Assembly: GCA_965368975.1 (NCBI GenBank)
Contig: CBDUPA010000002.1
Coordinates: 512,001-576,000 of the forward strand
DNA: 64,000 bases
Reading direction: 5' to 3'
Source: an uncultured bacterium
GTDB lineage: Bacteria > Acidobacteriota > Thermoanaerobaculia > Multivoradales > JAHZIX01
Made by a program: the position numbers and the translations under genes. Numbering within the stretch: position 1 is the stretch's first letter; each line of letters begins with the position of its first letter. This document shows positions 1 through 8,586 of this stretch, piece by piece. The notes beneath the pieces were generated by a model. That model was not told the DNA's origin, did not search any database, and was given only the letters and a program-made list of their open reading frames with translations.

Positions 1-94
1 TCAGGCATGGTGCAGGTCTGGGTTGTGCCGGTCATGGCAGTTCTGCAGGAAAGGCGAATTGTAACGCAGGCACCAGGGCGGTAGGATCGGACGC

Positions 95-832
95 GTGGCC
101 TGGTACAAGGAATGGTTCGACGAGCAGTATCTCGACCTCTACGCCCACCGCGACGAACGCGAGGCGGAGCGGCAGGTCGATTTCGTCGAGTCCCAGCTCA
201 GTGATGGTCCGCGACCGCGGATGATTCTGGACCTGGCCTGCGGGGCCGGGCGCCACTCGGACATCCTGAGCAAGCGTGGCTACCGGGTGGTGGGTGTCGA
301 CCTCTCGCTGACCCTACTCGCCGTCCACCCGGGACCGCGCCGGATCTGCGGCGACATGTGCAGCCTGCCCTTCCACTGCGACAGCTTCGACTGGCTACTC
401 AACTTCTTCACCTCCTTCGGCTACTTCGAGCGCGAGCGCCAGAACTTCCAGGTGCTGGAGGAGATCACTCGCGTGCTGCGCCCTGGCGGTCGCTTCCTGC
501 TCGACTTTCTCAACCGCGACGTGGTGATCAACAACCTGCGGCCCACGGACGTCCAGGAGGACGACAAGCGACGGGTGGAGATCGAGCGCTGGTACGACCC
601 AGCGTCACAGCGCATCAACAAACGCATTCGCGTACAACCTCGCGGGGCTGCTCCCCGTACCTACCTCGAGAGCGTGCGCGCCTACTCCCAGGAAGAAGTC
701 ACCATCGGGATGCGCTGGGCGGGACTGGAAGTCGACACGCTCTTCGGTAGCTTCGACGGAGACTCCTTTCATCGTGACAGCGAACGCCTCATCATCCTCG
801 GGCACAAGCCCATCCTCGGCAGTGGCCGCTGA
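95..832 (+). CDS. Class I SAM-dependent methyltransferase, candidate bacillithiol N-methyltransferase (NmbA-like)
   Basis: LDLACGAGRH SAM-binding motif and FFTSFGYF; overlaps the start of bshC. Confidence 0.85.
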   Translation: MAWYKEWFDEQYLDLYAHRDEREAERQVDFVESQLSDGPRPRMILDLACGAGRHSDILSKRGYRVVGVDLSLTLLAVHPGPRRICGDMCSLPFHCDSFDWLLNFFTSFGYFERERQNFQVLEEITRVLRPGGRFLLDFLNRDVVINNLRPTDVQEDDKRRVEIERWYDPASQRINKRIRVQPRGAAPRTYLESVRAYSQEEVTIGMRWAGLEVDTLFGSFDGDSFHRDSERLIILGHKPILGSGR

Positions 833-2624
833 CGCCGCTGCGCGGGATCCTGACGAGTACGGCCTCGGTCCGCTCGTCGCCACGGATCTACCGCGACTCG
901 ACTTGCTGGCGGGCGAACGCCTGGCACCGCTCTCTGCGGCGCTGGTGCGGGGTGAGCAGCGCGAGTTGCTGGCGCCGCTACGCCACCTGACACCGGGCAC
1001 GCTGCCGGCAGCCATTGCGCCGGCTGGCAATGAGCCCGCACCGCTCGACCGTTCCGCGCTGGCGGAGGGCCTGGCCATCGCCAATCGTAGCTATGGCCAC
1101 CCCAAGGCCACGGAACTGGCCGCCAAGCTGGCGGATCCGGCAACGCGCGTGGTGGTGACGGGGCAGCAGCCGGGGTTGTTCGGCGGTCCGCTGTACACGC
1201 TGTCCAAGGCGCTGGCGGCGGCGCGGTGGGCTGAAGCACTAGAGGCGGCGGCCCTGGAAGAAAGGGCAATAGAGGCGGCGGCCCCGGAAGCTCGGAATGG
1301 GGACACCCCCGGACAGCCTGCGGTGGCGGTCTTCTGGGTAGCCACCGAGGATCACGACTTCCGCGAGGTGGCGACGACGACCGTACTGGGTCCAGACGGG
1401 CCGTTGACGTTGACGCTCGGCGACGATTCACAGCCGCTGTTGCCGGTCGGCATGCGCAGCCTGGGACCGGGGGTGGAAGAGATCCTGGCGACGCTGCGGG
1501 AGCAGCTACCCGGCGACCGCTACAGCGACTGGCTGGACGAGGTCGGCCGCTGGTATCGACCGGACGCGCGCTTCGGCGAGTCGTTCTGCCGTCTGCTGGT
1601 GCGCTTGCTGGGTGACCGCTGCCCGCTGATCCTCGACGCGATGTTGCCGGCGGTGAAGGTGGCGCAGCAGCCGTGGTTGCGGCAGCTGGTGGAGCAGCGG
1701 CATACGGTGGCCCGCAAGATCGCCGAGCACGAAGCGAACGTCGAGGCCGCGGGCTTCCCACTGCAGGTGGCGGCCCAGGGCCCCGCGACAGACCCGGAGC
1801 CGGAAAGCTCGATTGTCAGTCCGCTGTTTCTCTTGCACCAGGGGGAGCGTCGACGTATCGAGTGGCAGGGGGAGGACCGGTTCAGCCTGCGCGGCAGCGA
1901 CGAGCCGGCGCGGCCGGTGGCCGAACTGTTGCAGCTGCTGGACGACAATCCTCTCCTGGTGAGTCCCGGCGTGCTGGCACGGCCAGCCGTGCAGGACGCG
2001 ATTCTCGGCACCACGCTGATGGTGCTGGGCCCGGCCGAGCTCGCCTACATGACGCAGGCTTCCGCGTGCCACAAAATACTCGGCCTCGATGCACAGAACC
2101 GGCCCGCCCCCTGGGTGACACTGCGGCCACAGATCGCGGTGCTCGAACCGCGGCATCTGAATTGGCTCGAGGAGCTGGGGCTGCGCCTGCCGCAGCTGCT
2201 GGGCGATCGCGAGACTCTGAACGCCGAGCTGGCGCGGCGGCACGGCGCCGACTTCGTGGCGCCGATGCAGAAACGCATCCTGGCCCTGCTCGAAGAGCTG
2301 CGCGATGCCGCCATCGCGGTTGATCCGAATCTGCTCAGCTCGTGGAAGAAGACGCGCGGGCAGGTGGAGAAGGCGCTGGGCATGTTCCAGGGCCGCATCC
2401 ACCAGGCGGCCGCACGCGCCGACGAGACGCGCAACCAGCGACTGGACAACCTGCGGGACACCTTGTTGCCCGCCGGCAAGGGACAGGAGCGGTTGATCTC
2501 CTGCATCCACTTCCCGGGCAAGTACGGTGACGACTTCGTCGAGGCCTGCTGGCTGCAGCTGGATCTCGACCCGCGGCAGCTGCAGGTGGTGCAGTCCGTA
2601 CCGCCGCGGGGGAAGCAGCCATGA
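822..2624 (+). CDS. bshC: Bacillithiol biosynthesis cysteine-adding enzyme BshC
   Basis: VVTGQQPGLFGGPLYTLSK, FWVATEDHDF, SPGVLARP and GPAELAY motifs; start could be GTG 822 (coupled) or 774. Confidence 0.9.
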   Translation: MAADAAARDPDEYGLGPLVATDLPRLDLLAGERLAPLSAALVRGEQRELLAPLRHLTPGTLPAAIAPAGNEPAPLDRSALAEGLAIANRSYGHPKATELAAKLADPATRVVVTGQQPGLFGGPLYTLSKALAAARWAEALEAAALEERAIEAAAPEARNGDTPGQPAVAVFWVATEDHDFREVATTTVLGPDGPLTLTLGDDSQPLLPVGMRSLGPGVEEILATLREQLPGDRYSDWLDEVGRWYRPDARFGESFCRLLVRLLGDRCPLILDAMLPAVKVAQQPWLRQLVEQRHTVARKIAEHEANVEAAGFPLQVAAQGPATDPEPESSIVSPLFLLHQGERRRIEWQGEDRFSLRGSDEPARPVAELLQLLDDNPLLVSPGVLARPAVQDAILGTTLMVLGPAELAYMTQASACHKILGLDAQNRPAPWVTLRPQIAVLEPRHLNWLEELGLRLPQLLGDRETLNAELARRHGADFVAPMQKRILALLEELRDAAIAVDPNLLSSWKKTRGQVEKALGMFQGRIHQAAARADETRNQRLDNLRDTLLPAGKGQERLISCIHFPGKYGDDFVEACWLQLDLDPRQLQVVQSVPPRGKQP

Positions 2625-3385
2625 GCGAGTCGCGGCAGCCTCAGAAGCTCGACGTACTGGCGATCGGCGCGCATCCGGACGATGTCGAGCTCGGCTGCGG
2701 CGGCACGCTCGCCGTGCTGGCACAGCAGGGCAAGAAGGTCGGCATCGTGCACCTGACGCGCGGTGAGCGCGGCACGCGCGGCACACCGGAGGAGCGCGAG
2801 CAGGAAGCAGGACGCGCGGCGGAAGCGCTGGGGGCGGAGGTGCTCGAACTCCTCGACTGCGGCGATGGCAGCCTGCGCACCGGTGAGGCGGAGGAAGACG
2901 CGCTGATCGAGGTGCTGCGACGCTACCGGCCGGAGGTCGTGCTCGGTCCGACGCCGCGTGATCGCCATCCGGATCATGGTCGCGCCCACCAGCTGGTGGA
3001 AGCCGCGGCCTTCTATGCCGGGCTGCGTCGACGCGGGGACGATGGGCTGGAGCCGCACCGGCCGGCGGCGGTGTTCAGCTACATGCAGCACGACCCGTTC
3101 GACGTGCGCTTCGTGGTCGACGTGACCGCCGGCTGGCAGCGCAAGTTGCGCTCGCTGGCTGCCTACGACAGTCAGTTGCACGCCACGGCCTTCGGCTCCG
3201 AGGACGGCAAGACCACCGACGAACCCATGACCAAGGTCGCCACCCCGGAATTCGCCCTCGCCGTCGAGGGACGCGCGCGGCACTTCGGCCAGATGATCGG
3301 CGCCACCTTCGGCGAGCCGTTCACCTGCCGTCTACCTCTGGCGGTCAGCGATGTACTGACCCTAGCACCCGGAGGGGTGCGATGA
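2621..3385 (+). CDS. bshB1: N-acetylglucosaminyl-malate deacetylase BshB1 (PIG-L family)
   Basis: AHPDDVELGCGG, LTRGERGTRG and DRHPDH motifs; ATGA overlap with bshC. Confidence 0.92.
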   Translation: MSESRQPQKLDVLAIGAHPDDVELGCGGTLAVLAQQGKKVGIVHLTRGERGTRGTPEEREQEAGRAAEALGAEVLELLDCGDGSLRTGEAEEDALIEVLRRYRPEVVLGPTPRDRHPDHGRAHQLVEAAAFYAGLRRRGDDGLEPHRPAAVFSYMQHDPFDVRFVVDVTAGWQRKLRSLAAYDSQLHATAFGSEDGKTTDEPMTKVATPEFALAVEGRARHFGQMIGATFGEPFTCRLPLAVSDVLTLAPGGVR

Positions 3386-3480
3386 GCAATACCGCCCTAG
3401 CACCCGGAGGGGTGCGATGAGCAATACCGCCCTGGCACCCGGAGGGGTGCGCTAATTGGACCGTGCACCCCTCCGGGTGC
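3360..3480. repeat. 35-bp direct repeat (2 full copies plus 1 partial) carrying the palindrome GCACCC-GGAG-GGGTGC, followed by an inverted copy; REP/BIME-like
   Basis: Units start at 3360, 3395 and 3430; gcacccctccgggtgc at 3465-3480 is the exact reverse complement of the core. Confidence 0.85.
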
Positions 3481-3500
3481 AACGAGAATATGGAGCGCCC

Positions 3501-4622
3501 ATGAAAATCGGTATCAGTTGTTATCCGAGCTACGGCGGCTCCGGCGTGGTCGCCTCGGAGCTGGCCATGGCCCTCGCGGCCGGCGGCGACGAAGTGCACG
3601 TGATCAGCTATGCGTTGCCGTCGCGGTTGTTCCTCAACGACCCTCGGCTGCACTACCACGAGGTCGTGGTGCCGCACTATCCGCTGTTCGAGTATCCGCC
3701 CTACTCGCTAGCGCTCGCGACCAAGATGGTCGAGGTAGCACGGCACCAAGAGCTGGACCTCATGCACGTGCACTACGCGGTGCCCAACGCCGTCTCGGCC
3801 GTGCTAGCGCGGCAGATGTTGGAGCCGACACGCCACCTGCCGGTGGTGACGACCTTGCACGGCACCGATATCACGCTGGTCGGCAACGACCCCAACTACC
3901 TCGAGACAACTCGCTTCGGCATCCTGCAGAGCAACGGCGTCACCACTGTGTCGCAGGCGCTCAAGGACGGCACCTGTGAGCACCTGGGCATCAGCCGCGA
4001 CATCGACGTAATTCCCAATTTCATCGATCCGCAACGCTTCAGCAAGGTCAAGGCCGAGGGCTTCGGCGCACGCCGCTGGGCAGAGGGTGGCGACCGCCTG
4101 CTGGTGCACATCTCGAACTTCCGGCCGGTCAAGCGTACCGAGGACGTGGTCGAGATTTTCGCCCGCATCCGGCGCGAGGTGCCCTGCCGGCTCTTGATGG
4201 TGGGCGATGGTCCCGAGCGGGCGCGCGTCGAGAAGCTGTGCCGCGACCATAAGATCTGCCACGCCATCACCTTCATGGGCAACCTGCCACTGATCGAGGA
4301 AGTGCTGATCGGGGCGGACCTCTTCCTGCTGCCTTCGGAAAACGAGAGCTTCGGCCTGGCAGCGCTGGAGGCTCTGGCCTGCGGTGTGCCCGTGATCGCC
4401 AGTGATGTCGGTGGCTTGCCGGAAGTGGTGACCGAAGGCGAGAACGGCTTCCTGCGGCCGGTGGGTGATGTCGACGCGATGGCGGAGGCCGGCATTTCCC
4501 TGCTCCAGGACGCCGACCGGCACGCGCGCTTCTGCAGGGCGGCGCGCACCCTGGCGGTAGAGCGCTTCGACCAGGACAAGGTGGTCGACCAGTACCGCGA
4601 GGCATACCGTAAGGTGCTGTGA
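3501..4622 (+). CDS. bshA: N-acetyl-alpha-D-glucosaminyl L-malate synthase BshA (GT4)
   Basis: MKIGISCYPSYGGSGVVASEL, HVHYAVP, TTLHGTDIT, HISNFRPVKR and ESFGLAALEA motifs; ATG 3501 preceded by GGAG. Confidence 0.95.
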   Translation: MKIGISCYPSYGGSGVVASELAMALAAGGDEVHVISYALPSRLFLNDPRLHYHEVVVPHYPLFEYPPYSLALATKMVEVARHQELDLMHVHYAVPNAVSAVLARQMLEPTRHLPVVTTLHGTDITLVGNDPNYLETTRFGILQSNGVTTVSQALKDGTCEHLGISRDIDVIPNFIDPQRFSKVKAEGFGARRWAEGGDRLLVHISNFRPVKRTEDVVEIFARIRREVPCRLLMVGDGPERARVEKLCRDHKICHAITFMGNLPLIEEVLIGADLFLLPSENESFGLAALEALACGVPVIASDVGGLPEVVTEGENGFLRPVGDVDAMAEAGISLLQDADRHARFCRAARTLAVERFDQDKVVDQYREAYRKVL

Positions 4623-5314
4623 GGCCGCAAGGTACTGTGAGCTCGCAAGGCTGTGCGGACTCGGCGGCATGGCCGCCCGGCGCCTACCTGACGCCGGCAA
4701 CAAGGCTGGCGCTCGACCGGAGCATGGAACTGCGAGAGCGCAAATCTCGCTTTCTGACCTTCATCGGCGCCGTGCAGGACGAGGACGAGCTACGGGCCTC
4801 GCTGGCCGAGGTGCAGACGCACTACCCCGACGCCAACCATCACTGCTGGGCCAGCCGCCTGGAGCCGGAGCGCGACGGAGCCGAGCCGGTCGAGCGCTGC
4901 TCGGACGATGGCGAACCCGCCGGCACCGCCGGCCTGCCGATGCTACAGGTGCTGCGTGGCGCCGAGCTGTGCGGCGTGCTCGCGGTGGTGGTGCGCTGGT
5001 TCGGCGGTATCAAGCTGGGCAAGGGCGGCCTGGTGAGAGCCTACGCCGAGGCGACGCGGCTGGCCCTCGCGGAGCTACCGACGCGGCTGTGCGTACCGTC
5101 CGATCCGCTGGTCGTGGAGTTGCCCTATGAGGTGTTGGGCGCGGTGAAGCGCCTGATCCATCCACCGGAGGTCGAGCTGGTGGACGAAGTCTACGGAGCT
5201 GGCGTGCACATGACGCTGAACGTCCATCGACACCGGCGGCAGGCGGTCGAGGAGGCCCTGGCGGAACTGCGGCTGACGCCGGAGCCACCGAGTCCTGTCG
5301 AGCCGGTTCCCTGA
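4619..5314 (+). CDS. YigZ/IMPACT family protein
   Basis: KSRF, ANHHCWA, SDDGEPAGTAG and VVRWFGGIKLGKGGLVRAY motifs; true start may be downstream (ATG 4724). Confidence 0.88.
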   Translation: MRPQGTVSSQGCADSAAWPPGAYLTPATRLALDRSMELRERKSRFLTFIGAVQDEDELRASLAEVQTHYPDANHHCWASRLEPERDGAEPVERCSDDGEPAGTAGLPMLQVLRGAELCGVLAVVVRWFGGIKLGKGGLVRAYAEATRLALAELPTRLCVPSDPLVVELPYEVLGAVKRLIHPPEVELVDEVYGAGVHMTLNVHRHRRQAVEEALAELRLTPEPPSPVEPVP

Positions 5315-5432
5315 GGCACCCCTCGACACAGGAGCGAACCCCTGTACTACAATTTACAGGTTCTCATCGTATTCCCTGATGACTTGCTGTCAGCCGGCCG
5401 GTCGAGCCGCTCACCTGCACGAAGGAGCCAAC

Positions 5433-5858
5433 ATGAGCGAAAACGTCACGCCTCCCCCGCCACCGTCCGACACACCGCCACCACCCCCAGCTTCGGACTC
5501 GCCACCACCACCACCACCGAGCAGCGGCGGTCCGGCCGGCGCCCAGAGTTCGAATCGAACCCTGATGATCATCTTGGCGTATCTGCCTCCGCTATCGCTG
5601 ATCCCACTCCTGATGGAAGAGGACGAGGACGTCAAGTGGCATGCCAAGCACGGCTTGGTCCTTCTGGTGCTCTGGGTTGCCGTCAGCATAGGCTTCTTCG
5701 CGCTCAGCTGGGTGCCTTTCTTGGGTTGCCTTACCAGCATCATCTGGTTCTTCATGTTCATCCCGATCATCGGCATTCACATCGTCTGCATGATCAAGGG
5801 TGTGGACGGTGAGCGCTTCAAGCTTCCAGGTATCAGCGACCTCGCTGACAGCTTCTAG
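5433..5858 (+). CDS. DUF4870-like small membrane protein with Pro-rich N-terminus
   Basis: AAGGAG RBS before ATG 5433; ILAYL..VKWHAKHG..three hydrophobic segments..GERFKLP pattern. Confidence 0.75.
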   Translation: MSENVTPPPPPSDTPPPPPASDSPPPPPPSSGGPAGAQSSNRTLMIILAYLPPLSLIPLLMEEDEDVKWHAKHGLVLLVLWVAVSIGFFALSWVPFLGCLTSIIWFFMFIPIIGIHIVCMIKGVDGERFKLPGISDLADSF

Positions 5859-5880
5859 TGACCCCGCCGACAGCTTTCCG

Positions 5881-6243
5881 GTGAGCCAGGAAGGTGATAC
5901 GTCCCAGGCCGCGTCCCCCAAAGCCGTCGACGGCAGCCGGCGGACGCGGCGCTGGCGTATCGCGCTGGTGGTCTTCGCGCTGCTCTGGGGCATCGACCTG
6001 CTGCAACCGCCCCGCCGCCAGCTCACCACTTGGGTGCTGCTCACGACCATCGGCACCTACCAGGCAACGCTCTCACCGCTGATGCCCAGCCTGGGTGTCC
6101 ACTGTCGCTTCACCCCCACCTGCAGCCACTACGGCGAAGCGGTGATCCGCGAGTACGGCGCCGTCAAGGGCGTGGGCTTGACGCTGTGGCGCGTCGTGCG
6201 CTGCGGTCCATGGACGGAGGCGGGAACCGAGGATCCGCCGTAG
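5881..6243 (+). CDS. yidD: Membrane protein insertion efficiency factor YidD
   Basis: YQATLSP..CRFTPTCSHY..YGAVKG..RVVRCGPW..DPP; start approximate. Confidence 0.85.
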   Translation: MSQEGDTSQAASPKAVDGSRRTRRWRIALVVFALLWGIDLLQPPRRQLTTWVLLTTIGTYQATLSPLMPSLGVHCRFTPTCSHYGEAVIREYGAVKGVGLTLWRVVRCGPWTEAGTEDPP

Positions 6244-6306
6244 CCACCTCAAAGGCCCCACCAAGAGAGGACAGCTTACCCCTGAAGGTGGGATACGCTT
6301 GCCGCC

Positions 6307-6645
6307 ATGGACGCCCCCGCCCGCAACCAGCTGACCGAGATCCGCCGCCTACCCGAGGACAAGCGCCTGCGCCTGACCTGGCAAGACGGACACTGCGCTG
6401 ACTTCGACTGGGACTACCTGCGCGGCTGGTGTCCATGTGCCGGCTGCCAGGGCCATTCGGGGGCCCATATCCAGTACAAGCCCCCCACCAAGCCGGTGAA
6501 CCTGGAGCAGATCGAGGCGGTCGGCAACTACGCTGTCTCGTTCCTGTGGTCGGATGGCCACGGCACCGGTATCTACAAGTTCAGCTACCTGCGCGAGATC
6601 TGCCCATGTGACGGCTGCAAGTCGGGCCGGGAGGCGCAGGCTTGA
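6307..6645 (+). CDS. DUF971/GBBH-like N-terminal metal-binding protein
   Basis: WQDGH, LRGWCPCAGC and VGNYAVSFLWSDGHGTGIY motifs; second CPCxxC at the C-terminus. Confidence 0.85.
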   Translation: MDAPARNQLTEIRRLPEDKRLRLTWQDGHCADFDWDYLRGWCPCAGCQGHSGAHIQYKPPTKPVNLEQIEAVGNYAVSFLWSDGHGTGIYKFSYLREICPCDGCKSGREAQA

Positions 6646-7520
6646 CGGAGGCGGTCTTCGACGGGCCCGTTGGGGACTTCGACGGACCTGTCGGGAACTT
6701 CGACGGGCCTATTGGGGTCTTCGACTCGGGCGTCGGCGGCTTGACGGTGGTCGCGGCGCTGCGCCGCCGGCTGCCGCACGAGTCGATCCTCTACTTGGGC
6801 GACACCGCCCGCCTGCCCTACGGCAGCAAATCACCAGCGACAGTCACCCGTTACACGCAGCGCAACGTCGACTTCCTGATTCGCCACGGCGCCAAGGCAG
6901 TGGTGGTCGCCTGCAATACGGCGTCCGCACTGGCTCTACCCAACCTGGCACTGGCGCGCCTGCAACAGGGCGACCAGGAACACCCGGTCCCAACCTGGGG
7001 CGTGGTCGAGCCCGGTGCCGCGACGGCGGTGGCGGCGACGCGCGGCGGCGCGGTGGGGGTGATCGGCACGGAATCGACCATCCGCTCCGAGAGCTACGTG
7101 CAGGCCCTGCACCGGCGGCGGCCGGGGCTTCGCGTGCTCACGCAGGCATGCCCGCTCTTCGTGCCGCTGGTCGAAGAGGGCTGGCTCGACGATCCGATTG
7201 CCGAGCAGGTGGCACAGCGCTACCTGCAGCCTCTGCTCGACGGGGGTATCGATACGCTGGTCTTGGGGTGCACCCACTATCCGCTGCTCAAGCCGGTGCT
7301 AGAACGCGTCATGGGGCTGGATGTCGAACTGGTGGACAGCGCCGAAGCCGTGGCCGCGCTGGTGGCCGCGGAACTGGAGCGACGCGGCCTGTTGCGCCGG
7401 GCTACGGCCGCCGCGGAGCAGCACGTCTGCGTCACTGACGCCAGCGAGAGCTTCGAGCGCCTGGTGCGGCGCATTCTGGGACCGCGCCACGGCGTGCTCG
7501 AATTGGTCGATATCGGCTGA
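6642..7520 (+). CDS. murI: Glutamate racemase
   Basis: IGVFDSGVGG, PYG, VACNTAS and LGCTHYP motifs. Confidence 0.95.
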   Translation: MTEAVFDGPVGDFDGPVGNFDGPIGVFDSGVGGLTVVAALRRRLPHESILYLGDTARLPYGSKSPATVTRYTQRNVDFLIRHGAKAVVVACNTASALALPNLALARLQQGDQEHPVPTWGVVEPGAATAVAATRGGAVGVIGTESTIRSESYVQALHRRRPGLRVLTQACPLFVPLVEEGWLDDPIAEQVAQRYLQPLLDGGIDTLVLGCTHYPLLKPVLERVMGLDVELVDSAEAVAALVAAELERRGLLRRATAAAEQHVCVTDASESFERLVRRILGPRHGVLELVDIG

Positions 7521-7562
7521 CCTGGCGGAGGGACGCGAGGATTCAGATGCGGCCAGGCCGGA

Positions 7563-7652
7563 GGGTAGGCACATGGGCCTACCCCTACACGGAATATACC
7601 TACGTGATCTGAGCAGCATAATCTGGGTAGGGGCGACCCCATGTGGTCGCCC
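7563..7652. repeat. Inverted pair of GTAG-family REP palindromes
   Basis: 7563-7588 reads GTAGGGGTAGGCCCATGTGCCTACCC on the - strand; 7627-7652 reads GTAGGGGCGACCCCATGTGGTCGCCC on the + strand. Confidence 0.75.
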
Positions 7653-7661
7653 TCGGTGGCG

Positions 7662-7697
7662 CTGACGCTCATTCGGGCGGGCGTGTACAATCCGCCC
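7662..7697 (+). promoter_or_regulatory. Putative sigma70 promoter of rph, leaderless type
   Basis: CTGACG-N18-TACAAT, with TACAAT (7686-7691) 6 nt before ATG 7698 and no SD. Confidence 0.5.
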
Positions 7698-8549
7698 ATG
7701 TCGGAACCAACACCCACCTCGACCTCCTTCCGCCGAGTCCAAGATCGTGCCGCCGACAGCCTGCGGCCCGTGACGCTGGAACTCGGTGTCCAAAAATTCG
7801 CCGAAGGTTCGGCCCTCATCAAGGCCGGCGACACGCACGTGCTCGCAGCGGCCAGCATCGAGAAGCGTGTACCACCGTTCGTGCAGGAAGGCCACGGTTG
7901 GCTGACTGCCGAATACGCCATGCTGCCACGCGCCACGCAAACGCGCTCGACACGAGAGGTGTCACGCGGCAAGCAGAGCGGGCGCAGCCAGGAGATCCAG
8001 CGCCTGATCGGCCGCAGCCTGCGCCAGGCGGTCGACCTGAGCAAGCTGCCGGACATCACCCTGACCCTCGACTGCGACGTCTTGCAAGCGGACGGCGGCA
8101 CCCGTACGGCATCGATCACCGCAGCCTATGCGGCGACAGTGCAGGCCCTGGGCCAGGTCTTCCTGGCCGGCGACCTACCGACCTGGCCACTGCGGCGGCA
8201 GATCGCCGCGGTCTCGGTGGGTCTGATGGGCGAACTACCGCTGCTCGACCTCGACTACGTGGAAGACCGCGACGGCGCGGTCGACATGAACGTCGTCGGC
8301 ACACCCGAGGGCGAGCTAGTGGAAGTCCAGGGCACCGGTGAGTCGCGCGGTTTTGCCCGCAGCGAACTCGACGCCCTGCTCGATCTGGCGCAGAAAGGCA
8401 TCGGCGAGCTGGCGCACATCCAGAATCAGGCGCTGGGCGGAATCTTGGAAGACGTCGACGCGGTTCGCCAACGTGCGGGGCGCCAGAGCGGCCAGCGACG
8501 ACCGGCACCAGCACGCAGCGAGAAGGATCTCTGGGGTCCTCCCGGATAG
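7698..8549 (+). CDS. rph: Ribonuclease PH
   Basis: GWLTAEYAMLPRAT, GRSQEIQRLIGRSLR, DCDVLQADGGTRTASIT and DMNVV motifs. Confidence 0.95.
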   Translation: MSEPTPTSTSFRRVQDRAADSLRPVTLELGVQKFAEGSALIKAGDTHVLAAASIEKRVPPFVQEGHGWLTAEYAMLPRATQTRSTREVSRGKQSGRSQEIQRLIGRSLRQAVDLSKLPDITLTLDCDVLQADGGTRTASITAAYAATVQALGQVFLAGDLPTWPLRRQIAAVSVGLMGELPLLDLDYVEDRDGAVDMNVVGTPEGELVEVQGTGESRGFARSELDALLDLAQKGIGELAHIQNQALGGILEDVDAVRQRAGRQSGQRRPAPARSEKDLWGPPG

Positions 8550-8586
8550 ACCTGCCACCACGAGCACGCACAACCGAGACTGTATC

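Noticed and set aside
1-35. Possible start of a divergent - strand gene (ATG at 35)
   Set aside because: Only 11 codons are visible, too few to support a call
3360-3480. 35-bp palindromic repeats as a CRISPR array
   Set aside because: The copies are directly adjacent with no unique spacers, one core copy is inverted, and there are no cas genes in the window
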